This document shows positions 1 to 10,678 of a DNA stretch of 55,305 bases, in pieces. Position numbers and translations under genes: made by a program. Positions within the stretch are counted from its first letter, which is position 1. Each line of letters opens with the position of its first letter. The notes below the pieces were generated by a model, which saw only the letters and a list, made by a program, of their open reading frames with translations, did not search any database and had not been told where the DNA came from. Source of the stretch: Pirellulales bacterium (GTDB lineage: Bacteria > Planctomycetota > Planctomycetia > Pirellulales > UBA1268); assembly GCA_044234625.1 (NCBI GenBank), contig JBIIIP010000003.1, positions 1 through 55,305 of the forward strand, in the 5' to 3' direction.

Positions 1-2500
1 CTGATCGGGAGGTCATGGCATAGAAGCGGGAAGCGGCGGGGGATGCCATGGGGGTCGGGTCCCGCACGATGCGGTTGCCCCGGCCGTCGATGATGAACCG
101 CTCGGTGGTCGAGGGGTCCGTCTTGGCACCGAGCGGCACGTGGCCGGATGGGCCGTCGAGATCGAGGACGATCTGCGGTTGGGCTTTCCCTTCGGTGACG
201 ACCGTCGTCCCGAACTGCCGGCCGTCGATCTCCATCCACAGAGGCGGGCCATCGGCCGTGGCCAGACAGGCGGGGGCGGCGTCGCCGCCGGTGTCGATGT
301 CGAGCAGGAGCACCGTGCACGGATCGGTGGCAGCGCCGAGAAAATGCAGCACGAGGCTGCCGTCGTGATCGCTCACGAGCCGGTTTGGCGCCGGCGTGGT
401 GCAGCCATTGCGGAGGGGGATGCCGGCGTCGGCCGGCGGCAGGCCCTCGCCCCACCGCTTCTCCACTGCCGCAAGATCGCTCGCGCTGAAAGCCACCCGC
501 GGGCTCCGCTCGATCAGGTCGGCGATCACCTGCGTCGACGTGGCTGCCGGAAAGTCGAAGGTCTGCCAGATGGTCGGGCCAAGCTGCCGGCTGTCGGCCA
601 GATGGATGGGCGTGCAGTAGCCCTGCAATTCCGCCTCGACCTCGGCGGGGCGGGCCACGGCGGCGATGGCATGGGCAAGCCTGTCGAGGAAGCGTTGCTG
701 CTCCGACTCCGGGCCGGGCTTCCGCAAGGCTTCCTGCATCTCCCTGACGGCGAACTCCGCATCGAGCAGTTGGTCGAGCGAGAAGGCTGGGCCCACGGCC
801 ATGTCGTATCGCTCGAGGGCGGCGGCCAGCCGCTGCCGCAGGGCGGCCTGGGCCCGCTCCTCCGGCCAGGAGGACGGGCCGCCGAGCCCCGGCGCAGCCG
901 CCGGGGCCGCTGCGGCCAGGCCGATCGCCTGGCGATGGTCGCGGCCCATGGACGTGAAGAGGCCGAGCAGGTCGTATTGATCCTTCACCCGCGAAGCCTT
1001 GTCGACGAGGTCGCGGCCGGCGAGTCGGCCTTGGGCCGGCCCATCGGCGGCAACGGCCGCGGCATCGTCGAGGGAATCGATCGCGGTGGCTTCGAGGGCC
1101 TGCGAAAGCTGAGCCAGGGCTGTGGAAGCGGTCTCTGGTGCAACGGTTCCGCCGTCGGGCACGTTGGCGAGCATGGCACGCAGCGGCCCGATGCCGGCCT
1201 GCAATTGCGACCATTCCGCAGACAGGCCCAGCACCTGCTGCTTTGCCGCCGTCGCCTTCTGGGCTTCTTCTGGACGGACCTGGGCGTAGTTGTCGTAGCC
1301 CCTCACGACGGAGGCAAGCACTTCGTCAAGCGTGGAGGGCGAGGCTTTTTTGGGCGGGTCTTTCAGCAAGGCGACGATCTTTCCGATGTCTGCCTTCACG
1401 CGGAGCGAGGCGCGGAGGCCGTCGGCCGACGCGAGGAGCCGTTGGATGATCAGCGACTCGCGTTCGGCGGTGGCGTCGGCGAGGACGCGGCGGAGATCGG
1501 CGACGAGACGTTCCGGGTCGATTCGCCACGGAGCCGGTGGGGATGCGGCGGTCTGCACCCGCAAAACCCGGGGACGCATGCGGGTCCACCGGGCCGCGGC
1601 GGCGTCGTAGTCGTAGACCACGGGCCGCAGGGCGTCGTCCTCGCCGGGCTCCATGGTGAGCAGGCCGCCTCCCATCACCACGTGCACCGGCCGGCCGGTG
1701 CCGTCAACGCCGCGGAGCCGACGGCCAGGAGCGAGAAACAGGCGGTAGAAGCCCAGATCGCCCAGCACGAAGCCATTGTCCGCAGCTTTGAGAAACGCCA
1801 CCGCCGCCTGCCACGGAAGAGGCTTGGCAACGATGCCGGCTTCAGGCTGGGCCTGGGTGAGGAGCTTTCCCCGAGCGCGGAGCGACGGACGGAGCGGCGC
1901 GGGCTCGAACGCTTCCGCGGGATCGGGAGTTGCGAGGAAGGCGGTCGCCACGATCGCCTCCACCTGGCAGGGGTCCGAGTCCACCGCCCGCTGCAGTGCG
2001 GCGCGCAGCTGCTCCGTTGGCACGGCATCGGACCGCGGGGCGACGGCCTTGGCGGCCTCCGCAGCCGCAAAGAGCTTCAGGGCGATATCCCCGAACACGG
2101 CCTCGCCCCGGGCGGGCTGCGAAAACGGCTGCCAGGCCGCGGCAAGCACCGCGCAGGCCTCGGCATACTTCATGGAGCCGACCAGCCCATCGGCCTTCAC
2201 GAGTGCGGCCCGGCCGGCAATCCAGCGCGAAGCGCCTCGGGCATCGTCGAGGAGAGCGAGCCGCTGTTTTCGGAGCCGCTCCACGGTGGCGAGATCACCG
2301 GACTTGCGGGCCGTCGCCGCCTCGGCATGCAGCGTGTCGAGCGCGGCCTGCAGATTCTCCCGCGGCGGTGCCGGGGCATCGGCCGCGTTTCCGGCGAGGG
2401 GGGCGACCGCAATCGCCGCGGTCACCGCCAACGCCATTCGCACGTTTCCAGGCATGAATTTCGAAACCGGACCCGCGACGGCAGGCTCTTCGCCGCTCAT
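1..2500 (-). CDS. Large hypothetical secreted protein, 3'-end cut by window edge (not present in supplied ORF track)
   Basis: Manual minus-strand translation from ATG 2500-2498 stays open to position 2. Frame was re-checked at in-frame ATGs 1675-1673, 1654-1652, 802-800, 235-233 and 16-14. N-terminus [43 protein letters not shown] is signal-peptide-like. The ATG overlaps the TGA of the upstream DUF1559 gene (ATGA). The plus-strand ORF 140..2569 is its antisense shadow. Confidence 0.7.
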   Translation of the reverse strand, partial: MSGEEPAVAGPVSKFMPGNVRMALAVTAAIAVAPLAGNAADAPAPPRENLQAALDTLHAEAATARKSGDLATVERLRKQRLALLDDARGASRWIAGRAALVKADGLVGSMKYAEACAVLAAAWQPFSQPARGEAVFGDIALKLFAAAEAAKAVAPRSDAVPTEQLRAALQRAVDSDPCQVEAIVATAFLATPDPAEAFEPAPLRPSLRARGKLLTQAQPEAGIVAKPLPWQAAVAFLKAADNGFVLGDLGFYRLFLAPGRRLRGVDGTGRPVHVVMGGGLLTMEPGEDDALRPVVYDYDAAAARWTRMRPRVLRVQTAASPPAPWRIDPERLVADLRRVLADATAERESLIIQRLLASADGLRASLRVKADIGKIVALLKDPPKKASPSTLDEVLASVVRGYDNYAQVRPEEAQKATAAKQQVLGLSAEWSQLQAGIGPLRAMLANVPDGGTVAPETASTALAQLSQALEATAIDSLDDAAAVAADGPAQGRLAGRDLVDKASRVKDQYDLLGLFTSMGRDHRQAIGLAAAAPAAAPGLGGPSSWPEERAQAALRQRLAAALERYDMAVGPAFSLDQLLDAEFAVREMQEALRKPGPESEQQRFLDRLAHAIAAVARPAEVEAELQGYCTPIHLADSRQLGPTIWQTFDFPAATSTQVIADLIERSPRVAFSASDLAAVEKRWGEGLPPADAGIPLRNGCTTPAPNRLVSDHDGSLVLHFLGAATDPCTVLLLDIDTGGDAAPACLATADGPPLWMEIDGRQFGTTVVTEGKAQPQIVLDLDGPSGHVPLGAKTDPSTTERFIIDGRGNRIVRDPTPMASPAASRFYAMTSRS

Positions 2501-3537
2501 GGAGCGGGGGTGGGCTGCCTGTCGTTCCGACTGCCGCGGCGGAGGTGCACCAAGCCATCCACGTCGTAGCCGATAGAGTGCGTGGAGCCGTCGGCCATGG
2601 ACATGATGAAGACGTTCGCATGCACCCCGCCGAAAACGGGATTCAGCAAGCCCGGCGTATCCTGGGTGGGAGGAAGGGGTGTCAGCACATTGGCGATCGA
2701 ATCGCCCGTCCAGGCGACGGTATCAAGGTCGCTGCCGGCAAACATGCTGCAGTCGTCGTTGAGATCGAGGCCCGTGTAGTAGTTGTTCGGATTCAGGTGC
2801 TTCTCACCCACGAGGTAGGTGCTGCTCAAACCATCGAACACGTGGGCGGCGCGAACCTCGCTGCGCTGGGCCACGACCCCGTTCGTGCCCGCCATGTCAA
2901 CGAAGCCGGTGGGAAAAAGGGAATTGCCTTCGGAACGCGTCGGGCCCACGCCCCACGTGATGCGCACGGCCCCGCCGTTCATCTTGTAGTCGGAGCGGTT
3001 GGTGGTGGTAGGCGCGGAGGAATTGCGCATCGTCAGGTTGTTCTTCGCGTACATGGGCGTCGGATGGCTGATGGCCTGGCGCCGGCTCGGGCAGGTGAAG
3101 ACCGGGAGCGGCGCGCGGCCGGTAAGCTCGGCGAGCCCCTCCTGTGTGGTGGTAATGCTCGCGGGATCGCCATCGGAGGCCATCATGAAGAGCGGCAGTT
3201 GCTCGATCGAGGGCAGGATGCTGAAGGCCCAACTGCCGGGCTGGTTTTTTCCGAAGCCACGGTCCGGGTCGCCGGCCCAACAATCGCCCCAGCCGCCGGA
3301 CGGATAAAAGCCCTGCTGGTCAAGATGCTGCAGGCAGCCCAGGGCGAGTTGCTTCACGTTGTTGGCACAGACGCTGCGCCGCGAGGCTTCGCGGGCCGCT
3401 TGCACAGTCGGAAGCAGCAGGGCCATGAGCATGCTGATGATCATGACCACCACGAGCAGCTCGATGAGCGTGAAGCCATAGCGAGTGCCGCGGCTGCCGT
3501 TATGCGATCGGCGCGGAATGTGCGGGATGGCTTTCAT
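2497..3537 (-). CDS. DUF1559 family protein with prepilin-type N-terminal cleavage/methylation domain
   Basis: N-terminus ..[36 protein letters not shown] (G|FTLIE prepilin motif). C-terminal [12 protein letters not shown] is an H-X9-DG signature. 4-nt start/stop overlaps on both sides. Confidence 0.9.
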   Translation of the reverse strand: MKAIPHIPRRSHNGSRGTRYGFTLIELLVVVMIISMLMALLLPTVQAAREASRRSVCANNVKQLALGCLQHLDQQGFYPSGGWGDCWAGDPDRGFGKNQPGSWAFSILPSIEQLPLFMMASDGDPASITTTQEGLAELTGRAPLPVFTCPSRRQAISHPTPMYAKNNLTMRNSSAPTTTNRSDYKMNGGAVRITWGVGPTRSEGNSLFPTGFVDMAGTNGVVAQRSEVRAAHVFDGLSSTYLVGEKHLNPNNYYTGLDLNDDCSMFAGSDLDTVAWTGDSIANVLTPLPPTQDTPGLLNPVFGGVHANVFIMSMADGSTHSIGYDVDGLVHLRRGSRNDRQPTPAP

Positions 3538-4508
3538 TGGAACTCACTCTCATCGAGGACCGTGGTTGTGCCCCACACGCTGTACACGCTCGACGCCCCC
3601 AGGCCGCCGGCGGATGAGGTGGCATTGCGGTGGCTCCACGACAACAACTGCGCATACACCCGTCCGAGCAATGATTGTCGCAGAAAGCCCGTCCGGCCGT
3701 CGCAAAAGGCGGCGACGACGCCACCGGGGTGATTCGACGACGGCATGATGATCTGCCCGCCCGTGGTGTTGCCGATCCCCAGGCCGGTAGGGTTGATCAC
3801 CTGGGTGGACGTGGTGCTGGGCAAGCCGAACCCCGGCACGAAAAGCGCTGATGTAGCGTTTCCATTGGCGAACGTGAAAGCTCCGGTGCTTCCCGTGAAG
3901 TTGTTGTTCCAGAAACCTTGCACCAGGCCGGCCGTGCCGGTGATGCATTTCTCGGAAAGGATGAGCGTCATGGAGGTGCCGTCGCCGTTGGCAACGTCAT
4001 CCAGCGATACGCGGCCCGACGTGCTGCCGGACGTGAACGTGGTGTCTTGCATGACGCCGTCGAAGCGACGGAAATTGCTCGCGCTGCCACAGTTGCCCGC
4101 GTAGGCGAGCCATGGTCCGGTGGTCACATCGGGCGGGCTCGACGGGCAGATAAACAGCGAGAGATACGTCGTCATGGTGGTGTAGTTGCCGGGGAGCGAG
4201 CTGACGGACCGGTAAATGTCGTTGCGCTCGATGAAGGGCATGATCATCAGCGGCCAGCCAGGAGTCAGCGTCGCGCTCGAAAGAACGAGGGAGTTGCGCC
4301 ATCCCGGCAAGAAGCCGTTCGCCTCGTTGAACCGGTTCATGCCGAGGGCCAATTGATACTGGTTGTTCGAGCAGGCGACGCGGCGGCCGGCCTCGCGGGC
4401 CCCCTGCACGGCGGGCAGAAGCAGCCCCATCAGCACGCCGATGATGGCGACGACGACGAGCAGTTCCACGAGGGTGAAGCCCCGGCGGGAGGAGGCGATG
4501 CGGGTCAT
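3534..4508 (-). CDS. DUF1559 family protein with prepilin-type N-terminal domain
   Basis: N-terminus ..[37 protein letters not shown]-terminal [12 protein letters not shown] (H-X9-DG). Confidence 0.9.
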   Translation of the reverse strand: MTRIASSRRGFTLVELLVVVAIIGVLMGLLLPAVQGAREAGRRVACSNNQYQLALGMNRFNEANGFLPGWRNSLVLSSATLTPGWPLMIMPFIERNDIYRSVSSLPGNYTTMTTYLSLFICPSSPPDVTTGPWLAYAGNCGSASNFRRFDGVMQDTTFTSGSTSGRVSLDDVANGDGTSMTLILSEKCITGTAGLVQGFWNNNFTGSTGAFTFANGNATSALFVPGFGLPSTTSTQVINPTGLGIGNTTGGQIIMPSSNHPGGVVAAFCDGRTGFLRQSLLGRVYAQLLSWSHRNATSSAGGLGASSVYSVWGTTTVLDESEFQ

Positions 4509-4530
4509 GGGGGTGCTCCAGAAAGGGTTC

Positions 4531-5901
4531 TCAATTCGTGAACGGCTGGCACACGGTCATCTGTCTGATTTCCCTACTCGTTGAATCATAGCAGCGGATT
4601 CGGATTTCAATCGCCCGCAAGGGCACGGCATAGGGCGGAGCCGTTTCATCCTCGGCGGAATCGTCGACGATATTGTTTCCATTACTGTCCACGCCGTCGG
4701 CGCCCTCGTCGATGGTGCCGTCTGCGTCGTCATCGACCCCGTTGGCCTCGTAGGCCGTCGTCCACGTGTCGTACGTGGCCGTGAGGCCGGAGCGGGCGTT
4801 GGCAACGCCGGTGAGGACAGATTGGGTCGAGAACGTACCGCTGGCGAGCAAGGTGAAGGCCGACGGAAGGCCGGTGCGTGCATTGCCTCCCAGATCAACG
4901 AAACAGCCCTTGAACGGGGCCGCGTTGGCGCCCAGGTTGGTGATCACGTTGTACCGGTAATCGGTGGGGTAGATGACCAGGCGATTTCCGGCCGGGTCAC
5001 TGATTTTCGCCCGTGCGTCGGGATCGAACACCCGGATGTCGAAGGCGATCACATTGGTGAGGATGATGTCCTCGCCTTCCCGTCCGCTGGCCGAGTCGAA
5101 CGTCAGACCGGTCGGAATGGTGGGGTGAGCCGGGAAAGGGCTCGCCCGATTGGGGCCATGAAAAAAACGGTTCTCCCTCAAGCCCAGGTCGGCGAGCGTG
5201 TTGGGCACGAGCGCGTTGGCCGCCGTCGAATCGGCCCGCAGGGAGATGTCGTAGGTGGTATAGGCCGCCGGCAGCGTGCCGGTGACCTGGTTGTTGTTTT
5301 CGAAAAACGGGCTTGCGCCGACGTAGCCCACGACGAGCAGCTGCCGCCGGTAGAGCGTGTGCAGCCGCAGCCCCGGCACCGGCTGAGTGGCTGAAGGCCG
5401 GCAAAACCAGGCTACTTCCGCCGTGGTTGACTCGATTTGTCCCGCGTCGAACTTGCCGGTGAAGGGGCTGGCCAGCGACCGCGTGGTGAAGAGCAGGGCG
5501 TCGTCGACGTCGGCGAGGAGCGACGACGTGCCTGTGGCCCACGAGGCAAGGCTGGAGACCACTATCAGATTCCCGTCCGCGTCGGTGGCGAAGGCGTCTT
5601 GCATCGGGCCCTCGACGATCTCGAAATAGCCCGACGCATTCTCCGCGGAAAGCGGCGGCACGAGCGGCGCAGTGGCGCCGCTAAGATCCTGCCGCAGCCG
5701 GCTGGCCGCCGACCGCATCCGGCCGGTCAGATCGACGATGGACTGGCTGTTCGTGGCCGTCCGGGTGAAGGCCCCCAGCAGGCTCGCGATGCCTGCCATC
5801 ACCATCAGCGCGATCGTCGACGCGATGAGCAGTTCCGTGAGCGTGAAGCCCGCTGGATGACGGTCGCGGCGGAGGGAGGATCGCATGGTCATGGGAGGCA
5901 A
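4531..5901 (-). CDS. Prepilin-type minor pseudopilin (GspJ/PulJ-like by position)
   Basis: 456-aa ORF. N-terminus ..HPAGFTLTELLIASTIALMVMAG carries the prepilin motif with Glu+5. It lies directly after the GspK-like gene. Confidence 0.65.
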   Translation of the reverse strand: MPPMTMRSSLRRDRHPAGFTLTELLIASTIALMVMAGIASLLGAFTRTATNSQSIVDLTGRMRSAASRLRQDLSGATAPLVPPLSAENASGYFEIVEGPMQDAFATDADGNLIVVSSLASWATGTSSLLADVDDALLFTTRSLASPFTGKFDAGQIESTTAEVAWFCRPSATQPVPGLRLHTLYRRQLLVVGYVGASPFFENNNQVTGTLPAAYTTYDISLRADSTAANALVPNTLADLGLRENRFFHGPNRASPFPAHPTIPTGLTFDSASGREGEDIILTNVIAFDIRVFDPDARAKISDPAGNRLVIYPTDYRYNVITNLGANAAPFKGCFVDLGGNARTGLPSAFTLLASGTFSTQSVLTGVANARSGLTATYDTWTTAYEANGVDDDADGTIDEGADGVDSNGNNIVDDSAEDETAPPYAVPLRAIEIRIRCYDSTSREIRQMTVCQPFTN

Positions 5902-5905
5902 CAGG

Positions 5906-8900
5906 TCAATCGAGGTAGCGCTTCAGCCGGATCGTCTCACGGACGTTGAGGTCGAGGTTGGGGCTGTAGCCGACAGGAATCGAGCGGTCGACGATCGCGA
6001 ACAACCGCCTGGTGACCGGCGACGGGGCATTCGGCGAGTCGTCGGTGATCCGGACGGTGATCCAGACGGCGAACACGTTGGACTGCACCGTGGCCGTGTT
6101 GGCGAGGCGGATGGCCTGCGCGTAGGAAAAAAACGGGTTTTTGTCGCGAGGGAAGATCACCGCGCCCGACACGGTCGTGAACGTGCCGGTGACGATCGGC
6201 TGGCCGGAAGCGCCGCTCAGGGAAAGCATCTCGGCAAGCGAGTCGGCCGGCACGCCGCTGTCGGTGGATGGAATCGCCGGGATGGCAGGAATCGCGGGCC
6301 TGTCGCTGGTGGCGGGCTGGGCCGGCACCGCGGGGATCGTCTTGCTCCTCGGAATGAAAGGGTTGATTACGTAGGTATTGCCGAGAAGCGTGTTCCACAC
6401 GGCTTCGTCGAGCGATGGTGACGTGGGGGATCCAGGATTCGATGCCGGGGCGACGGTGTTGACGTTCACCCGCCCCGGCTCCCGCCACTTCGAAAAGTGA
6501 TTGGCTCCGAGTTTGTCGAGACCGAAGGAGTTGATCGACGTGCCGGGGATCGACACCGTGTTTCCCGCGAACCGCGACGGCACGAACGTGGCGTCGAGAA
6601 TCAGCGCGCCCAGCGTCGTCGTCGAACTATTGACGATGATCTGGTTGGTGCTCGAGGCTAGGGAATTGATGGGGAAGGAATAGGAGGCGAGAATGCCGTC
6701 GGTGCTCGTCGTGCCGGTGGGGACCATCGCCAGTTCCGCCTGGCTGATGAAGGGGCGGTTGGGCCAGTGGAACCATGCCACGGGGTTTGTGCCGCTGACG
6801 GCCGGGTAAACGCCCATGGTGGTGCCGGACTGGGAAATCCAGGGTGACGGCTGACGCCAGAATCTGGCCAGCGAGTCTGTCGTCGAGGCATCGCTCGGGC
6901 CGGCACGGCGGTTTTTTGGCCGTGGAGGCGGTGTGACGGACAGATCTGGAACCGACGCCACCACTGCCGTGTCAACGACGATGTAGGGGTTGGAGGCACT
7001 GTTGGCCTGGCTCGGGTCGGCGAGCCTTTCGAGGGAAACCGTTCCGCTTGACGCGGGGGCTGCGCCCGTCCAAAGGCGGAATCCCGCTGAAGAAGTGGAG
7101 CTGATCTGGAGCGTCGGGATTCCTGTGGCGAGGTACTCCCGCGTATTGGTCGAGGATACGCAAAGGTAAGACCCCGTTCCGCTTGTGGCGAGCCCGGTGG
7201 GCGGGGTCGCAGTCGGTGAGCTCAAGACGACGGTGGTGGCCGAGGTCACGGCCGTGCCGACGAGCCTGAACTGCGGAGTGCCGGTAGCCGCGGAAGCGGT
7301 GCCGCGGTCGAGCCGCGCTGCGGTGCCGCTCGAAAGCCGCAACTGCCAGCCGGCGAGCGACAGTGTGCCCGACGTTGCAAATGGACTCGTCTCCACCGTG
7401 CCCGACACGGTTGGAGAGCCGCCGGAGCCGTCCCAGAGCAGGGCTTGGGTCGCCGGACGGTGCAGGGTGACGAACAACTGGGCGGTCGAGGGCGTGAACC
7501 CGACGCCAGGCCTCCTCCAAGCGGCGGTTTCCACGATGACCACGTCGGGGCGTTCGGCGCCGTAGACGACCGGCGGAGAGCTCGTCACCGACCATCCGTC
7601 CGCGAGATTCGTGTCGTACGAAAAGGCGGTCATGATGGAATCGGCGTCACGAAAATCAAGGACGTTCACGGCCCACTGGGCCGCCTGGTTCGCGTCGGTC
7701 GCGCCGAGAGCCATCACGAGCGTGTAGAGACCCTTGCAGAATTCCTGCTTTTGAGCGGCGGTCTCCACCGGCCGGTTGATGTTGAACCGCAGGCCGGCGG
7801 CGATGTCGGGTGACATGACGTTGCTGCCGCCCGTCCATGTCGCGGCGTTGGCGAAAGGGATCGACGCGGCCATGTAGTCTTCGAGCGCCCGTGCCGCCAG
7901 GCCCGTCAGGCCGGGGGTCGACCAACTGTCGGTAGTGATCGTCATTCGGCTCCGCTGGGCCACGCCCTCGAGTCCGGCCGCCAGCCGTTGCGGCAGGTGC
8001 GTGGCGTCGGGGTCGTTGGGCCGGAGGACGCGCTCGAGCTCCGCCAACGTGAAGGGGTTGTCGTCGTTTCCGGTGGCCCCCACGGCCGGTCGCCGCTGGA
8101 CGCTCCATCGCGGTGCGTCGGTGTCGAGGCGGGCCTCATAGGGGTCGTCCACGGCGTCAGCGCCGGCTGATCCGACCCAGGTCGGGCGGTAGAAATTGAG
8201 CGTAGGCGTGACCTGCCCCTGCGCGATCTGGGCGGCCGTCGGACTGGTCATGTAGACCCGGGTCTGCGCCTTGAGGTCGGCGACGGCATTGTTTCCCGCC
8301 AGCGTCAGTCCGTAGAGCGAGTCGGTGAAGCCGGTCGCGGCGACGCCGGCCGTGGTCTGCTGGTTGCCGACGGAATCGTCGCCCGACACACCGGGAAGTC
8401 CACCCGATCCGTAGCGGCCGTCGATCGGGCCGACGAGCGGCGGGGCGCGGCGTTGCGCCGACGTCGGTGACGAAGGCGTGGTGTCGGGAGTGCCGCTGAG
8501 CAGCAACTGCCGCCATACATTCGTGAAGGCGTAGGTGCCCGATACCGTGGGGAGCGTGGGCGGAAGAACCAATTGCGCGTTGACGTCGGCGGGGCCGTAT
8601 CCCATGCCGAGGGGGGTATTCGGCGTGCCGGCGTAACTCCCCTGCTGCATCGCCACGCCGGAGGTGTTCACGTTGATCCGGCCATCGAGGTCGAGGATCA
8701 AATACGACACCTCGCACCGCAGCATGCCACCGAGTGGTGAAGGCTGATCGGGAACGACGTTCGAAAGCCACACCCCGTCGAGCACGCCGTCGTTGTCGTT
8801 GTCGACGGTGGCGGTGCTGCCTGAGCCGACGAAGGAAAGCCGGCCGAATTCCTTGACTTGGCCATTGTCGATCACTGGCTGCGCGAGCCACAGGTTCGCG

Positions 8901-9541
8901 GCGTCGTAGGCGTCGTAAGCCTCGGGGGTGGTCGTGCCCGCGACCGGCGTGAACTCCCTGCCGTTGATGAAGACGTCGAATGTCTGCGCCGGCAGGCTTC
9001 GCTGCGGCCCATGAGGGAGCTGCGCCACGGAGCACGTGTTGATGCCCGCCGACTGCGTCACGGCGAGAATCCGGTAGCTCGCGATGTCGCCGTCTCCCGT
9101 CCGGGGCACGATGGTGGCGATCCTGCCCGCCAGGCGGCGCTCCGCGTCCCCGGGGAGGCCGTTGAGGGTGAACGACATCACGGGGGTGGCCGTGCCGCTG
9201 AGGCTGGTTCCGGTGGCCGTGATCGGCGACCCGTATTTGTCGGCGAGGAGGTTTTCGAGCGTGCCGGTGACGGTGACCGAACCGTTGGCGCCCGAGGTGG
9301 CGCCGCGGAGAGCCGCCAGGAGCGCCGCGTCGAGGGCGTCGCGGGCGACCATGTCGGCGACCCCCAGCCGGTTGGCCACGTCCATTGCCCGCGCCGCCGC
9401 CCGCGCCCGGGCGGCGATGGTGAGCAGCATCGCCCCCGCCGCCATGAAGAGCGAAAGCATGAGAACCACGATCAGCAGGAGCAGGCCGCGGCGGGGCGGA
9501 AAAACGCGGGTGTGATTCATGGGACGGTCGTGCGCCTTCAT
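5906..9541 (-). CDS. Giant GspK-like minor pseudopilin (1211 aa)
   Basis: N-terminal hydrophobic segment RRGLLLLIVVLMLSLFMAAGAMLL lacks Glu+5, as in GspK. Internal LDLDGRINVNT and VLDFRDAD blocks resemble conserved GspK blocks. It is embedded among pseudopilin genes. Confidence 0.6.
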   Translation of the reverse strand: MKAHDRPMNHTRVFPPRRGLLLLIVVLMLSLFMAAGAMLLTIAARARAAARAMDVANRLGVADMVARDALDAALLAALRGATSGANGSVTVTGTLENLLADKYGSPITATGTSLSGTATPVMSFTLNGLPGDAERRLAGRIATIVPRTGDGDIASYRILAVTQSAGINTCSVAQLPHGPQRSLPAQTFDVFINGREFTPVAGTTTPEAYDAYDAANLWLAQPVIDNGQVKEFGRLSFVGSGSTATVDNDNDGVLDGVWLSNVVPDQPSPLGGMLRCEVSYLILDLDGRINVNTSGVAMQQGSYAGTPNTPLGMGYGPADVNAQLVLPPTLPTVSGTYAFTNVWRQLLLSGTPDTTPSSPTSAQRRAPPLVGPIDGRYGSGGLPGVSGDDSVGNQQTTAGVAATGFTDSLYGLTLAGNNAVADLKAQTRVYMTSPTAAQIAQGQVTPTLNFYRPTWVGSAGADAVDDPYEARLDTDAPRWSVQRRPAVGATGNDDNPFTLAELERVLRPNDPDATHLPQRLAAGLEGVAQRSRMTITTDSWSTPGLTGLAARALEDYMAASIPFANAATWTGGSNVMSPDIAAGLRFNINRPVETAAQKQEFCKGLYTLVMALGATDANQAAQWAVNVLDFRDADSIMTAFSYDTNLADGWSVTSSPPVVYGAERPDVVIVETAAWRRPGVGFTPSTAQLFVTLHRPATQALLWDGSGGSPTVSGTVETSPFATSGTLSLAGWQLRLSSGTAARLDRGTASAATGTPQFRLVGTAVTSATTVVLSSPTATPPTGLATSGTGSYLCVSSTNTREYLATGIPTLQISSTSSAGFRLWTGAAPASSGTVSLERLADPSQANSASNPYIVVDTAVVASVPDLSVTPPPRPKNRRAGPSDASTTDSLARFWRQPSPWISQSGTTMGVYPAVSGTNPVAWFHWPNRPFISQAELAMVPTGTTSTDGILASYSFPINSLASSTNQIIVNSSTTTLGALILDATFVPSRFAGNTVSIPGTSINSFGLDKLGANHFSKWREPGRVNVNTVAPASNPGSPTSPSLDEAVWNTLLGNTYVINPFIPRSKTIPAVPAQPATSDRPAIPAIPAIPSTDSGVPADSLAEMLSLSGASGQPIVTGTFTTVSGAVIFPRDKNPFFSYAQAIRLANTATVQSNVFAVWITVRITDDSPNAPSPVTRRLFAIVDRSIPVGYSPNLDLNVRETIRLKRYLD

Positions 9542-9553
9542 GGGGATGAGCCG

Positions 9554-10678
9554 CTACTGTGCCGGAAAAACCTTCTCGTTCACGAGGAGGAGGTTTTCGA
9601 AGCCGATGACGTTCAGGGTGGTGCCGCTACTGAGCAGGGAAGAGGGCACTGCATTCGCGAATGACACGCAGGTGCGGCCAGTGCCCGAGGATGTGATCGC
9701 GGCCGACGTGCTGGTGCCGGAGACGCCCACCGAGCCGCCGGTCGCAATCCACGAAGACCGGATCGAGAGCCACTGAGGGGCGGTCGCTGGCAGGGAAGAG
9801 GATGGCGGGATGGCCAAAACCATCGAGCACGGCTTGAGCAGCGATCGCTGGAGCGAAACCGGAGTGACCGCGGCACTGGCGGCCGCGGTGATGAAGATCC
9901 CGTTGCCCATGTCGGTAAGCGTGATCGCCGAGACTTGGCCACCGGGCTTCTTGAACACGGCGATGCTCGCCTTTAGCGCGGTCATCGTCGCCGCCGGAGT
10001 GTCGGGCGGTTGCCGCGTGAGCATCAAGCCCCAGCACACGCCGCGGTTGAACTGGCGCGCCATGGCGGTGCCCGTATTCATGGTGCCGTTGCTTGCCAGA
10101 AAGGAGTTTGCCGAGAGGTCACCCGTGTCGGCCGGCCTGAACAGGATTTCATCCTCGATGAAAAAGCCCCGGCGGACGGCCGAGGTGCCGCTGTCGATCC
10201 GTTCGGCGAGGAACGTCGTGCCCGTGATCAGCGCCGCCGCCGCCGACGGTCCCGTTCCACTGAACAAGACGCTGACGGGCACTAACGATCCGGAAACGAG
10301 CGTCAGGTTTCCGGTCGAGGCGCTCAGAGCCAGGGCGCCCGTTGTAGTGACGTAGCCGGCGGACGTGGCCGAGGCGGTGGTGGCCACCGAGAGCATCTCC
10401 CCGAAGACGGCGACGGGCGCGTTGGCTCCCATCCCGGCGCCCCGCGGAAAGGCATCCTTTGCCGCCAGGCCCCGGGCCTGCACCTGGGCCATCGCGGCGG
10501 CCGCTGCCGCCGCCGCACGATCCAGGGCGGCCGCCTCGCCGAGCCGCGAGCCAGCGGCGGGCAGCACGGCAGCGATGCTCGCCAGCGCCAGCACGAGGAT
10601 GCCGCACGAGACGAGCACCTCGAGCAACGAGAATCCGGCTCGCTGACGGGGCTCGGCGATGGGGCAATGAGGGGTCAT
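9554..10678 (-). CDS. Prepilin-type minor pseudopilin (GspI/PilV-like by position), 374 aa
   Basis: N-terminus ..QRAGFSLLEVLVSCGILVLALASIAAV (prepilin motif). 4-nt overlap with the upstream gene. Confidence 0.65.
   Translation of the reverse strand: MTPHCPIAEPRQRAGFSLLEVLVSCGILVLALASIAAVLPAAGSRLGEAAALDRAAAAAAAAMAQVQARGLAAKDAFPRGAGMGANAPVAVFGEMLSVATTASATSAGYVTTTGALALSASTGNLTLVSGSLVPVSVLFSGTGPSAAAALITGTTFLAERIDSGTSAVRRGFFIEDEILFRPADTGDLSANSFLASNGTMNTGTAMARQFNRGVCWGLMLTRQPPDTPAATMTALKASIAVFKKPGGQVSAITLTDMGNGIFITAAASAAVTPVSLQRSLLKPCSMVLAIPPSSSLPATAPQWLSIRSSWIATGGSVGVSGTSTSAAITSSGTGRTCVSFANAVPSSLLSSGTTLNVIGFENLLLVNEKVFPAQ

Noticed and set aside
140-2569. 809-aa plus-strand ORF, the longest ORF in the first 2.5 kb of the track
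   Set aside because: The product is Arg/Gly/His/Asp-rich with no motifs. It is exactly antisense to an uninterrupted minus-strand frame with protein-like sequence and operon coupling, so it is treated as a high-GC shadow ORF.
2545-3732. Long antisense ORFs opposite well-supported genes. This entry stands for a whole class: 2545..3732, 12929..14095, 14005..16305, 15627..17198, 17480..19036, 20517..22244, 21478..22671, 22433..24460, 29681..31183, 33628..34659, 36884..39013, 39862..41484, 41802..43079, 44150..45895, 45576..46832, 46759..47826, 48549..49952, 51362..52807 and 53146..54546.
   Set aside because: Each overlaps a gene with clear signature motifs on the other strand or frame. All show the typical Arg/Gly/His/Asp-rich composition of high-GC shadow frames, and none shows a recognisable domain.
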